Positions 37,166 to 49,777 of a stretch of 64,000 bases of DNA are shown piece after piece (the first letter of the stretch is position 1; every line of letters starts with the position of its first letter). The stretch is from Marsupella aquatica (taxonomy: Eukaryota > Plantae > Marchantiophyta): positions 2,173,312 through 2,237,311 of the forward strand of contig OZ316897.1 in the NCBI GenBank assembly GCA_973895155.1. The letters run 5' to 3'. The notes under the pieces are model-generated. The model did no database searches. It was not told the DNA's origin and worked only from the letters and a program-made list of their open reading frames with translations. Both the position numbers and the translations under genes were made by a program.

Positions 37166-39336
37166 GACAACCTGTCAACTGACTGCAGGTAGACAGGACT
37201 TGGACTCCATTTATTATAATCATGAGCCTTGCCCCCAATGCCTTTGTACATTCAACCTGTACCTGTACTATAAGTATAAACTACCTTGGTAGTGTATACG
37301 TCCTGCCTAAAGCTGCCCGGAGCTGCCAGAAATTGTTTTAAATTCAAAGTAAACCTCGCAGCCAATGAGATTTCAGGGTTCGTATATTACAGGAAAGGTC
37401 AATGCAAGCCAAGATTGACTCTAGCTAGGATTGAAAATTTAAATCATAACTCCCTTGTAATTCCCTTGTTTTTTTCCAAAATCCTGTGCTTCCCTTGTAT
37501 TTCCTTTGTAACTCCCTGTTATTCCAACCCATAATGCACAAATAAGTATATAATTTTTTACTTTATTTAATGGAATGCACATAGTTTTAATTTGTGAAAG
37601 AATGTTAGAGGTATTCTAATCTAATTTTGAGAACTATAAAAATTATGAGGGTTTTCAAAACCAAATCATGGAATACCCTAACATATTTTGTGAGGTTAGG
37701 GGTAGAAAAATACTTGAATGAACTCATTTCATATTTTCTAGGCTGTTTATGATCCAAAAACTTGGACAGTGCCTGATGTAACTAGACCCCCTTAGAGTGA
37801 GGCCCCCGAGACAATTCACAATTTTCAAAAGTTGGTAAAACAAAATTGTTTCTGAATATCTTTTCCCCAACCTGACTTTTGCAAAAGTGCACAAAAAGCT
37901 TCGTGATGACCTTGCAAACAGACCCAATATTTAGACAAATAAGTACTGTCTCGGGTACTGTCTTTGATCACAAATAGATTTGCGCATCTTTGCATACTTC
38001 ACCAGAGATAGTAATGTCTTTCCAATAATTGGACTTGAATGTATTCCACAATCTCACCACCTATATTGTGACCTAGGTGTGCCCTAGCTACAGTAGATCT
38101 TGATATGAGGGATTACCGAAAATACCAGAGGTGAGACATATTGCTTCATGTTAAGTGACCCCCCCCCCCATGCAGCAAGAGGGACATAGTCTTGCACAAA
38201 TGCTAGAAAGCATTCATTTGCAATGTACTAGAGTCAGTCAATTATCCAGGTCCAAGGCCTGTCCATGAATTAAGTCTACGTACCTCCAGAGTCCAATACA
38301 CCATCATTATTCTGTACTTTGACAGGTGTAGGTCTCCCCTTCAATCAATTACCGCTTAACTCGTCCTCGTACCAATAGCCGTCGCAAATAATAGCACAAT
38401 ACTCTATCCAATCAGTTTTCCCTCTTGATTCGACGCCAATAACCTCGTATTCTCATTTGGTATTCAATACTTCTCCCCTTTACATCAAAGCACTTTGTTA
38501 TTCCTCGGGTCCATAATGAAAATTGACACCGTCGTCAAAAACAAACAAAAAATATTTTTGTTGTCTATTTGATATTGGTCTATTAGACCTGTATATATAG
38601 ACACAGTTTGATCTGATGGATAGATGCCTCGTCGCGAATCACACTCGCTGAAGTGAATGAGGTGGGGAGCAACGTCAAGTGAACTTACCATCTACCATCA
38701 CTCATTTCCCTGATTAGGAGAGCAATTCAGTTGAGCTTGATGTTTGCTTCGTGCTGAGGTGCGTACTGAGGCGTTTCCAGTGATCGGCTGACGATACTAA
38801 CACAGGTCCCTGTGGTCCACTGAGGTAGAAGTGCTTTCAATGATCAAGTGAATTGATCGAAGAAGTCTTATTCCTGCGTGCTTTAGTGTCATTGGGGAAA
38901 ATACATGTCTAGATTTGGGGCACACGGAATCTGTGTCTAGGTCCTGTCCTCAGTGTTACTACATGCACCTTGAAGGAGATTACGATTCTGTGCCGTATAT
39001 ATGCTCCCTTGTGCAACTTCAGTTCTTGCAAGATTGCAATGAACCCAATAGCTTGTTGAACGACTACCCGCCCCCTGCTCCCGTTGCTGATCGATTCACA
39101 CCTTCTCTAGCAGTAAGGTCTTTAATTAATATTGCGTCTCCACTCCATCTCACCCCAAGTTTGGCTGCCCTCGTCAGGATCATCGGACGCCAGAGATTGT
39201 CTTGAATTTCTAAACCGCATCTCGTCTCCGTAGGCATAGCAACTAAACGTCTACTGTTTGAATTGACGAAATTTGGTTGGTAGCAGACGTCCAGTTCGTT
39301 CACAAAGAGCATTCGAAACGGTCTAATTTCCCGAAC

Positions 39337-40492
39337 ATGGAGAAAGAATACCTGTCAAGGTACATCAGCGAAATACATTATGCAGACAGCCCGTTGACAA
39401 AAATCTTCGATCAAGGCATCTGTCACCCCCCACCACCCACCCTCCCGAAAGGTCGCTGCAACCGCATCATCGTTTACCCCGGCTCCTTCAACCCGCCACA
39501 CCGTGGACACTGGGACTTGCTCTGCCACGGCTTCATGGAGAGCGGTAGCGACCTCAACATCATTGCAGCCATAATCTTACCGCTCGACGACTCAAGCCTT
39601 GAAGAGAAATTCCGTGGAGAGCCTGGGACGAAGAGTTTCAAGAAAGATCAGAGAGTCAGGCTCTGGAAAGAATTTCATACGCCGAGCGACTGGTTTTGGG
39701 TCTATGATCGCAGTATAAAGGAATGGTACATATTCCAGGACCGGCTTACTAAAGCCATCGTTCGAGACGGATTTGACATTAAATTCATTGGGTTGTATGG
39801 GGCAGACCTCATAAGAGTAAGTCGCCCGCCGCCTAGGTCAGCTTGGGGCTGCAAAGAGATCCTTGTCAGCGACGTTTCGGACTCCACTACTTGCTATAGC
39901 AACTGTTTGAAGACTTTGCGAAACTTCGAGCCGTGGGAGGAAATACTCCTCGATGAAGTTGATCTCAGAGACCGCGCCGAGGAAGGTGCCCGATGGGTGT
40001 TTGGAGGGCTTGAGCTCTTGGGTCGTGGACTTCTGCGGAGCACGCTAGATGAAGGTCTGACTGAGCCTAGTTCCGCAGTTCTTGTTTCCCATTGCTTTTA
40101 GGAGAAGTAATTGAACTCGTAGGCAGAGTTTCATGAATGAGTGGGCAGATTGTTCAGGAACGAATGGACGCTTGAGCTGTGCTGTATCCTAAAAAGATGT
40201 TGCATTTGCAGATCCGCACTGCGTGGACCGCTTGACGGAGCAATTGCTCGACAAGGAGGTGGAAGCGGGCCAAGCTATTCGTTTTTGTCGCCATAGCAGC
40301 GATCCGGATTGTACGATACGGTTTGTGCCTATGAAGGCCGAGGAGATGGCTAAGAGTCATATTAGCTCAACGATGGTTCGGGATGTCCTGAACATATACT
40401 CGGGGGACGCGCTTCGTAGGCAGCTAGAGCAACTGGTCCTTAATCCTGAGATCTTGATGGAGTTCACACGACGGGAAACCACCAGTGCATGA
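39337..40492 (+). CDS. HxGH-class nucleotidyltransferase (cytidylyltransferase-like, NadD/NMNAT fold), 332 aa; exons 39337-40054 and 40212-40492
   Basis: IIVYPGSFNPPHRGH (HxGH motif), GADLI and C-terminal ISSTMVR. A phase-1 157-bp GT...TTGCAG intron joins the two ORFs in frame. Confidence 0.8.
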
Positions 40493-40881
40493 GGTACGAA
40501 GTGGTATATTTAAGTAAGTGGTGCCGGAGTCGACTCCCTAGTTGCAGATCCTTTCATGTTCGTGCTTTCTACTTTGTTCTGTGTGATTTCCCCACATACG
40601 GCCAATAGTCAATTCCTTGAAGATGCGAAGGGCTCAATGAATTCGGATGCCCAGTAATCGTAACATGAAGTAATATATCCTCAGCACTTCTTCGGATAAG
40701 ATGATCCTCTACTGAACCTATGCATATTTTTCGTCTCTTGATGAATGATCTAAGGCAAAAAAATGAATGAGTTGGCTGTGCATCTGGAAAATGGATGGAT
40801 ACTTCTCAACGGTGTAGATAATGATCAATTTTTTGGCTGCGCAGGTTGGCAATGGTAGTTGTTAGCCCGGCCGGTTGTTAG

Positions 40882-40908
40882 TTGACCTCTAGGTTGACCC
40901 AGTTGACC
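40882..40908 (+). promoter_or_regulatory. Cluster of three W-box motifs (TTGACC)
   Basis: TTGACC at 40882, 40894 and 40903. Confidence 0.35.
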
Positions 40909-42783
40909 TTTTTGCAAACCAAACTGCCACGAGTACCCAATCGACAAAAGGTATTTACAGACTGTAGTGCGTCTGGTAATCCCGAGGCACAACAAGATTG
41001 ACGGGTAGCCTCGCTGATTTTCTAACAGGTGAATCTACTGTAGTTCACCCGACAGACTCTACAGGAGCTTGCCGAGTATTTGACAAAGCGAAAACGCCGA
41101 CACTCTTTAGTTTAGATATTGTGCCGAAAGTATATTTTGCGTAATCTGTTTTCTGCTCTTCTCATGTCATCAAGCAAAGAGAAATCCAGAGATGAACATT
41201 TTGACTCTACAGGTAGTGTAATAAAGATCATGCAAACGAAAACCTCCTCTATTTCCAGCTTCGCCTGGTTTATGGTCTCTAGATATGGGCATTAAAATCC
41301 TCCGTTTCTTGAACTTACGCACATTCAAGGCCCTGATGAGTTTCCACAGAATTGCTGATCCAACTTGTTTTGCATCAAAGCTTTTGAATTGGCAATTATC
41401 TCTTCACAAATCAAAATAATGCATGGATGGAGAAATTCGTTCCATAGTGCCATCGATCACGCAAGGACCATTTCAGCTAGATTAAAGCGCATTCTCCAGG
41501 CAATCACTCTGACTTGCTTCACCGAATTGAAGATTTCAGAATGTAGAAACTAGTGAATTGACATAACGAAGTGTCCACCAAAGAGCAGTTACTAGGCAAA
41601 ATGCTGAGTGGTCAAATTCAAACAAATATGATTTCAAGCAATCATGCAAAACCAAAACAGTGGCTGCTAATCCAATCATCGGACTACTTACCGTCACATC
41701 ACAGAGCATTGGATGGTGGCAACCTACTCTCATCTCGACGGAACATCCACTCATCGTCAGCTTCGGCTGCAATCGATCGAGCACTTGTTCTCCCGATCGA
41801 TTGGGCAGAAAATTCTCTACGAAGAGGATCTGAGCTTGAAAGTCGCCCATGTCGTCTGTGCTTGAGCCCCCTTTGGCCAAGACATGGGCCATCTTTCCCA
41901 AGGGCCCACATGTACCAGTCAAGGCTCACGTTTACCAGTCAAGAAAGATCAGAGAATCACCCGATGCCGACGATATGGGAGAGGAGATTAGAGACTCCGA
42001 TTCTCTAATCTCCTTCTCCGACTCTGCAAAGGAGTTCATTCGCCGAACTGGTTTTGGGGGTCAATCGCAATATAGAAGAACGTTCTATTTTATGGAGTCA
42101 TAATGGAGACCGTGAGAAAACTTCGAGCTGAATCTTGCCCTCCTGGGCGCGCTGAACAAGAAGCCTGCCCAATGGTCTATTTATGGAGTCGTGCTGGACA
42201 CCATGAGAAACCTTCGGGCTGAATCATGTGTTCGTAGCTTCGGGAAACGAGACGCTTGCCCAATTAACTGTCTATCTAAGGAACGCTATATATGGACTCA
42301 AATAGGACATCATAATACAACCGTCTGTTGTTTTTCGAGTTGACGAGCCTTGCCCTCCTGCCCAGGGAGAGCGAAAATATATCTTCCGCCCATCCCCTCA
42401 CACGGCTTGGACTTTGAAATCCTACCCGACCTTTCCCTCACACGGATTGGAATTTAGGCATAGATCGCAGCGCCATAATATGGTGTCATAGTTCGAGGCC
42501 CATCTCTTCACACGGATTGGACAGTTGAACATTCCTGCCGGACCTTCCGTCATACGCATTGGATTTCGGGCATCGATCCCGGCGCCGGCGAGACGTAGTC
42601 CGAGGAGACTGATCATCATGAGCCCACTTCGAACTGATGAGTCTTGCCTGAGCCAGAAAGGACTGGGACGTAAGGTCGAAGTTTTATTCAACTTGAGTCG
42701 TGCCTGAGCCGGAAGGAAGGTCCGCCAGGGACAACAGATGTTCAACTTTTAGTTGTATTTGTTTGAGGGTTTGGCGCTGCTAG

Positions 42784-43436
42784 ATGGACCAATTTCAGGA
42801 ACCTGGATTCGTTGAACTCGAGTGTTTCGCAACATGCGTCGAACATGTTGATCAGAATCGAGATCCGAATGCGAGGACCGAAGCGACCAACGAGAGTAGC
42901 ACGACGACGAGGGAGCCAAATTGCTATTGCGAGGATTGTGCCAGAGGTCCACTTTGCGAGAAAGATGTAAACGTAGTGGAAGGCGGGCACGAAGATGTTC
43001 TTCAGGTGCGGAAGGCTTCACAAGATGCAGAGCTACAACAGCGGCGACCAGACATGGAATCACAACAAAATAGAGAGATACAGAGGCAGCTGGCACATGA
43101 TAGGGAGCTACATCGGCGGCGACCAGAAGTGGAAGCACAACGCAGAGAGATACAAAGGCAGGTAGCAGAACTGCAAGCATCACTAGACAGAGAGCTCCGG
43201 CAACCAGAAGTGGAAGCACAACATAGAGAGATACAAAGGCAGGTGGCAGAAATGCAAGCTTCACAATATAGAGAGGCCGCCACCAGAAGTGGAAGCACAA
43301 CATAGAGAGATACAAAGGCAGGTAGCAGAAACGCAAGCTTCGCAATGTAGAGTGGTACCGAGGCAGCGTGCAGAAATCACGAATTTGCGGAGAAAAAACA
43401 AAGGACAATTAGTACCGCTAGAGACCATTCTTTGAT
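42784..43436 (+). pseudogene. Orphan ORF with about 27-aa coiled-coil repeats, frameshifted before the last repeat
   Basis: PEVEAQ(H/R)REIQRQVAE.QAS repeats. The final repeat (about 43282-43345) is out of frame because gagctccggcaacca is shortened to gaggccgccacca. No domain recognised. Confidence 0.45.
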
Positions 43437-44759
43437 ACGGTGTCACTTTTGAATGGCCTTCGAAATAGGTCTCATCTCCCTTTCATTTGTAACTTAAATT
43501 TGAGTCTCGGTCTGTCATTCTATTTAGCAGCGTGAGGACTGCTAACATGGTGATCGATGAGAATGATAAATTCTGTGATAATTACGGGAGGTTAAATTTG
43601 CTTGAGTTTTTACAGGGACCAACTTGATCGATTGGAACAAAAACCCAATTCTAAAATTGCAGCATAAGTCCTCGCGTTGGCGTCCCAACGAAGTCTACTA
43701 TGACACCCAGCGCCAGTAAAGAGAGGGCTTTTCTTCAAATCAATGCCTTCTTCAAAGGTTGGCTGACATTCTTGAAGGGCCCGGAACATTGCCAATCCAG
43801 TTGCGCGCAATATCCCCAGCAGAGACGCGTTACAGACCCACGTAGCCGTCATGTACTGTTGAAGCCTTTTCCAAAAAGGTGTCTGCACACAGTTCAGAGG
43901 CTTCCGCTGAGTTCCAACGATAGGAATCCCTGAGCGATATATGGAGAACGGATGAAGATAATTGTGTATGTGGGAATCGGAAACAAGTATCGTAATGGTA
44001 ATCAACAATGTATTGTCCCAACTTTGTAAATTTTGCTGCACATTCTCAAGAATGTCGTAGTATTATGACAGGTTCGAGGTTTGAGTTCTCACCACAAATG
44101 ACTGAAAGTTCAGTCAATAAGAGACCGATGCTGGAGGGCCAACCTCAGTTCAGTCAATAAAAACTGCCATTGCCGTAGGGCCAGTATTCTCGTAGTGCTT
44201 CTTGATCGAATTCACGGACCGTTTCCTGCTGCTGAAAGTGTATAGTGATAAGAGTTGGAGACGGAATAAGCAATGCGTGCTGACTTTGGGCCTGCCGCTG
44301 CTCTAGGGCCAGTCCTCTCGTAGTGCTTCTTCTAACCAATTCACAGGCTCTAGCCTGCTGATGGTGTATAGTAAGAAGAGTAGGACGCGGAATAAGAAAG
44401 GCTTTCTGGCTTTGGGCCGCCAGTCAGTTTCAAGACATAAGCTGTTTTCTTCAAAAACTGCCATTGGCGAGGTTCTCTTACATTGGAAAATTTCGATCTT
44501 TGTTTCTCAGTATAAATCAATCATTGATTAATTACAAAGGAACAGTGCTGCGGGGGAAAATGCTTACAATGGTATCTTTAATCACTACAAAGATTTAAAA
44601 AGTCAACCATCTACCCTTCCTTTGAAGTAATCCTACCTTACGCAATTATGTTCCATACTTCCCTAACTCACCTGTTCCCACAAAATATCTCTCGTTTTGT
44701 TGCCTTCCCTCCGCACACATGATTTCTGATAATTAAGTGCAAACATGGAGAAAACGTTG

Positions 44760-47519
44760 CTAACCAAATGATTTAATTGGCAACCTTTGATCTCTCCACT
44801 TCAATATTTCAATGGGGTCCACAGGGTACTCCTTGCAGATTTTTGAAACCGTTACATCACTAATTGGCTCTCTTGGGACATTGGCTGGTACAAGCAGCGT
44901 CTCCAGAACCTCAGAAGGGAGAAAAACCTGCGCGTTTGTCCCGCAGAATACAATACTGAGTTAATCGCTTGGTAGTCTCCCACATTACGAGTACTTGCCA
45001 TTACGACAATGGTGTACAAATCGAAAAGACGTTAATTTCTCTGATCTGAAACTTTGAATCCATCTTTAAGGTATCGGGTTAAGAGCATGTTGCTCACCCA
45101 ATGGTTTGCCTGATTTTTTTTTCCATCTTCAGAAACTTTAGTATCAGTGCTAGTCGAACCATCTGTTTCAGAACTCGCTTCACCACTCGCATCGCCCCGT
45201 GGAGAAAAAGCGGATGCCGTTTCTCTCGGAGACTCTGTCACCAGGTAGTGTAGCCTTCTGCTACCCTGTTAGAGCATACAAGATTGTCACAAGAACATCG
45301 TAATGTTGTGCATAGTTTGAACCGTTCAACCATTTGACTGGCAGAGAACTGAGACGTGTATACAAGAATTCTTGTACAAGGTACATATTAAATTGAGACA
45401 TTACTACATCGCAGATGGTGACATTTTAATCATCTAGAAATAGAAGAAGTTCTGCATAAACATAAGTTTAGCTACTGTAAGTGCTGATATAAGAAGATGG
45501 GAAATCGTTCGTGAGTCTCTCATACCTGGAGGGCGCGCCAATGAGAGTAGGCACGAAAAAGATTCCACGCCAATATGATATTGGGGAGCGGGAGAATCTG
45601 CACACACGTATTCATTGTTCCGAAATCAAAAACAATTTACAACTAGTCGTGCTCGCCGATCAACAGAGAGGTTTTCTTTGCTATTTTGTGTTGTGCTCGC
45701 TTCCGTCATTATTATTATTCCAGCACAACAAACGGAAGGCATGTTGTGTCCAAGAAAAGCCAGGAGTGCAAGAACATGTGTATCTCAAACCTGAAGACTT
45801 ACCCCAAGAAGAAGACTGAAGGGGAGCAAGACAACCGACCCATACATATAATTTCGATGAATGACTTCTCCACTGCGCAATGACTCGAAGAAAAAGTGTC
45901 AATTTCTCATCTCCTGTACAAATCATGGGAAAACAATCCAGCAAGTACTGATCCCCACGCGTTCCTTCCTAGGGGCCGACACTAAAGCCCACGTTCCAGC
46001 AGAACATTCTACCAATGTAAAGCGTATCGCTAATTCGTCGTTTGTTTCTGTAAGAAATTACGACAAAAAGAGGGCAAGTAGGCGGAGCAATACCTGCTTG
46101 CAAGATGCCTCACCCGTCGCCGCACTAGCCTTGGATTCACACTACTACATCCAAGAGTCAGGATGATGAGCATGTCAAAAACACCGCTTTACGTACAGGT
46201 CTAGCAAAATTGCATGATCTGGAGTGAGAAGAATCGTGGCCAAGACCACACTACGTCGAGTACACTGGGGGCTAGTGTGAGTATCAAAACCCGAAAAACA
46301 ATAAAAAGCATTGCGGGTATAACAGTGATATGAACATCAAAATCTCAAGTCTTAATCATGATAATTGGAACTCACCATTTCGGATATACGATCTCCACCA
46401 GTCCTGCATCCTTCGGGATTGCCTTCAGAAAGGACTCAGTCGGCCCTAATCGTGAGAGCATTCCCTCTCCTATACTGAACACAGAATTTGATTAGTTACC
46501 AGGTATGAGGGGATCACCAGACTTCAGTTCACAGAGCTATTATAATTGCTGTAGATCTACATGGACTATACAAGATTTTGGATGTATAAGCGCCTGATAT
46601 TATTCCACAGATAGCGGCTGAGGGCAATAGATGAATAAAAATCAATTCCAGATCTTGAATACACGATCAAATGCCAGCTAGAATTGAAATGTCAAAGCAT
46701 TTTACAGGACTTTAACCGAAGCCCTGAGGTAAAAAATGGGCAGAGGAGCATCGCCACCTACATATGCAATCTTCTCCGAATGCTGCCTTGTGGTGTAGCC
46801 CCCAAAGCAACCCACTGTTGATGCATCTGTATAAACCCAAGAATTCGAACAGATGAAACCTTATCTCTGCCCACATGCACTAATTACAGTAGTCCAAATT
46901 GCAGGTTGGAACAGGGCAGTGGCCTTCAGACTGAACAGTACCTCAAAACAGCAAACCAATATCCAGTAAACTTACAGCGTCGACAGAGAACAGGACATTT
47001 CACTCCATTGATGACTCGAGATTCCAGACCTCGGAGAAGTGATGTTAGTGGTCAGACAGCACAAACCATAATTCGCATAATTCCAAAAGGTTAAAATGTG
47101 CACTGCCAGCAAACAGCTCAATGTGCAACTTGGGCACTTGGGACACATACGCTTCTTTTCTTTCCACCAAACGGAACCCACATTAGTTGAGAACTCAGCG
47201 GAGGGAGAAAATGTAGGTAAGAGTGGTGACAGTGGGGACTTGCAGACTCGATTCTGTGGCGCCCACTAGACAATTGTGCTCAAGGGGTACAGCTCGATGG
47301 AGGTTTTGAAATTACCTTGTCTGAGCCATAGCTTGTGAGAATGTCAACTTGCTCGCTTATTGAAGGAGTCATCCGCAAACTTTTAAGCAGCTCCCTCAAG
47401 CTCATGACAGGCGGGGGGCTGTTCATCAACGGGCCATTCTGGGCGCCACCAGTGGGGAGAGCTGTAGTAAACGCCCATCGCCTACCCATCACAGGAAACA
47501 CCACAATGCGGCTCGACAT
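44760..47519 (-). CDS. Mitochondrial K+/H+ exchange-related protein (Mit_KHE1/DUF2343 family); exons 47519-47316, 46826-46762, 46474-46376, 46141-46094, 45872-45803, 45597-45526, 45265-45098, 44927-44760
   Basis: MSSRIVVFPVMGRRWAF start, ESFLKAIP, NPRLVRRRVRHLA, HRNYMYGSVVLLP, ILPLPNI..WNLFRAYSHWRALQGS. The 8 exons join in frame at GT-AG sites. Confidence 0.85.
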
Positions 47520-47544
47520 GATCGATCACACACATCCACAATTC

Positions 47545-47546
<2 letters not shown>

Positions 47547-47588
<42 letters not shown>
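47547..47588. repeat. (CT)21 microsatellite upstream of the KHE1-like start
   Basis: Direct reading. Confidence 0.95.
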
Positions 47589-47591
<3 letters not shown>

Positions 47592-47709
47592 AATCGCCAA
47601 ATCTGTCACAATTTATTTGCAATTCAGACCGTCTCACATCTACGCTAAAACCTCAATCTGCCGTAGAGGAGCAAAGAATGTTCGAAATCATCCCCAGTGG
47701 TCGCCAATT

Positions 47710-47711
<2 letters not shown>

Positions 47712-47742
<31 letters not shown>
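47712..47742. repeat. (CT)15 microsatellite; telo-box AAACCCTAA follows at 47771
   Basis: Direct reading. Confidence 0.9.
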
Positions 47743-47750
<8 letters not shown>

Positions 47751-49777
47751 CGAAAGGAATCTTGTGAGTAAAACCCTAATCAATAAATAAATCCTTTTCG
47801 AGTTCGCATCGCAGTAACAAATCCGAGCAAAAGCCAATCCGGCAAATTGTTGGGCGGCAACTGACTCGATTACAGCCTCTACTGTAGCCCTACGTAACTC
47901 TCTTTCTTGTAAATCGCCTCTCACTGAAACGTCTTCCGAGTATCTCCACCTTTCCTCTCCTCCTTTGAACCCACTAAACCTTTGAACCCGAAACAAATAT
48001 TCCCTTTTTTCTCGGTGCTCCTTTTCACCCACTAAACCTCCAATTGAACCACAAGAAGATTCTGCTTTTTCAGTGCTCATTTTCTCCCACTAAACCTCCT
48101 AGTGAACCTGACCCACATAAAATGTGACCAGTGCCCTCCACCAACCATTCCGAATGCCCTCCACCAACCATTCCGAATGCCCTCCCCCACCTCTAAGTGT
48201 ATTCTATATATTTACAGTAGTCTTGAGTTTTCAAATCTAAATGCCAAACAGAAGTGTGGTCACCAAACCAGCCTCTGTTCAGGCATTCATTCTCATCAAT
48301 GGCAATAAAAACACATCCAGATCCATCTGGATAGTACATTTGAGGAATGGAGTTCAATTTATTTATTTATTTTTGGGGGGGGGGGCATTTGGTGGCCAGT
48401 TTCACACATCAAAATGTGATAATATACACTGTGCACTCTTTGATTTAAATAAAATAACGAGATATATCATGGTACAGAAAGATGTCCACAGTATATGTCA
48501 TATTTGATGTGCAGTTACCGGGACCCCTTTTTGGTGGGGTTGTGGACTGTTTGACAGCAAACATCTCAATGTCTCTAAACGCACCTCTATTTCTCTTTTT
48601 GGGGAACATAGTCCACCAAACTGATAAGATGCTCTCTGCCCACACACCAAAACCCCCAAAACATCACCTGTTTCCCCCATCTAGTCTTCCCTTTTCCTCT
48701 ATCTCTGTATTTTGTAGGCACTCTTTAACTAAATTGGTTGTTACCCATTTTGTTTGTTTTCCCCCCTTTATTACATCTCATGCCTTTGGGTCTAGTCTCC
48801 AAGTTTGGGGCATTATGTTCTTTGGTAGTGAGATACGTTTCACAATTATTTTTTAACATACATTTCCATAAGCCCCCCTTCCTACCCCAAACCCGAGACC
48901 CCCCCGGCAGATGGAAGAGGAGACATGCTAGTTTCATACTCACCCTTAGCCCCACTAGATCAGCTGGATACGGCTTCCCATTGAATGAAACTGGCTAGTT
49001 GTCCACCAAGTCTTGACACATGATCAAAATGGGTGATTTTAGCGAATTTGGGAGAATTTAGTAGAACCTTGGTGGATTTAACATTTTTTCTATTAGAAGA
49101 CTCTCCTTTGGTCCAATCAAAGCACCTCAATCTTAGACTAGTCTAATCTGATATACTGATAGATTTATCACATTTGGGAGTGTGAAAGCGTATGTAAAAT
49201 AGTGTAATACCATGTCATAGTCAAAGAGTGGACTACTTGGTTGTGACTATTGAAAGGTACTGTGAAGGGTTGTGCCTATTCAATATGGACATCATTTCAG
49301 TACCCTTGACTACAGAAGGCTCTAAATTGCCCAACCCACTTGCAAGTCAGAGCAATTGTCTCAACCAATATTGTTTAGATCTTGTAGAGTTTTGTTTGAC
49401 TTCCACCTTAAATAAATTCTCCCATAAGAATATGAAGATGAATGGATTACAAAATGCATTGTGTTCAAAAGTCCAATTAATAAACTCCTCCAGCCTGAGA
49501 GCTCCATGGATGGATACAACAATGTCAAACATATCCAGTTCCTTAAGTTGTTGGTTGTCGATTGAGTTGTGTAAACCCACTCATGTCTTGAATGTTGCTG
49601 TTGTAAACTCCATGTTGGGTATGACACCTTGGCCAAGAACCAACCAGGAGGATTGACATCCAGACACAGAATCCATGGAGTGTCTCTAACACAGTCCCAA
49701 TCCCAAGACAGCAAGACAATGGTTTGATGAAAGCACAGACTCCAAGGGAAACAGAATATATTGTTGATTGAGGAAGG

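Noticed and set aside
42749-43408. 219-aa hydrophobic minus-strand ORF
   Set aside because: Most simply the antisense shadow of the Q/E/R repeats, though not formally excluded
49200-49620. Possible LINE remnant with overlapping ORFs
   Set aside because: No recognisable reverse transcriptase, endonuclease or RNase H motif
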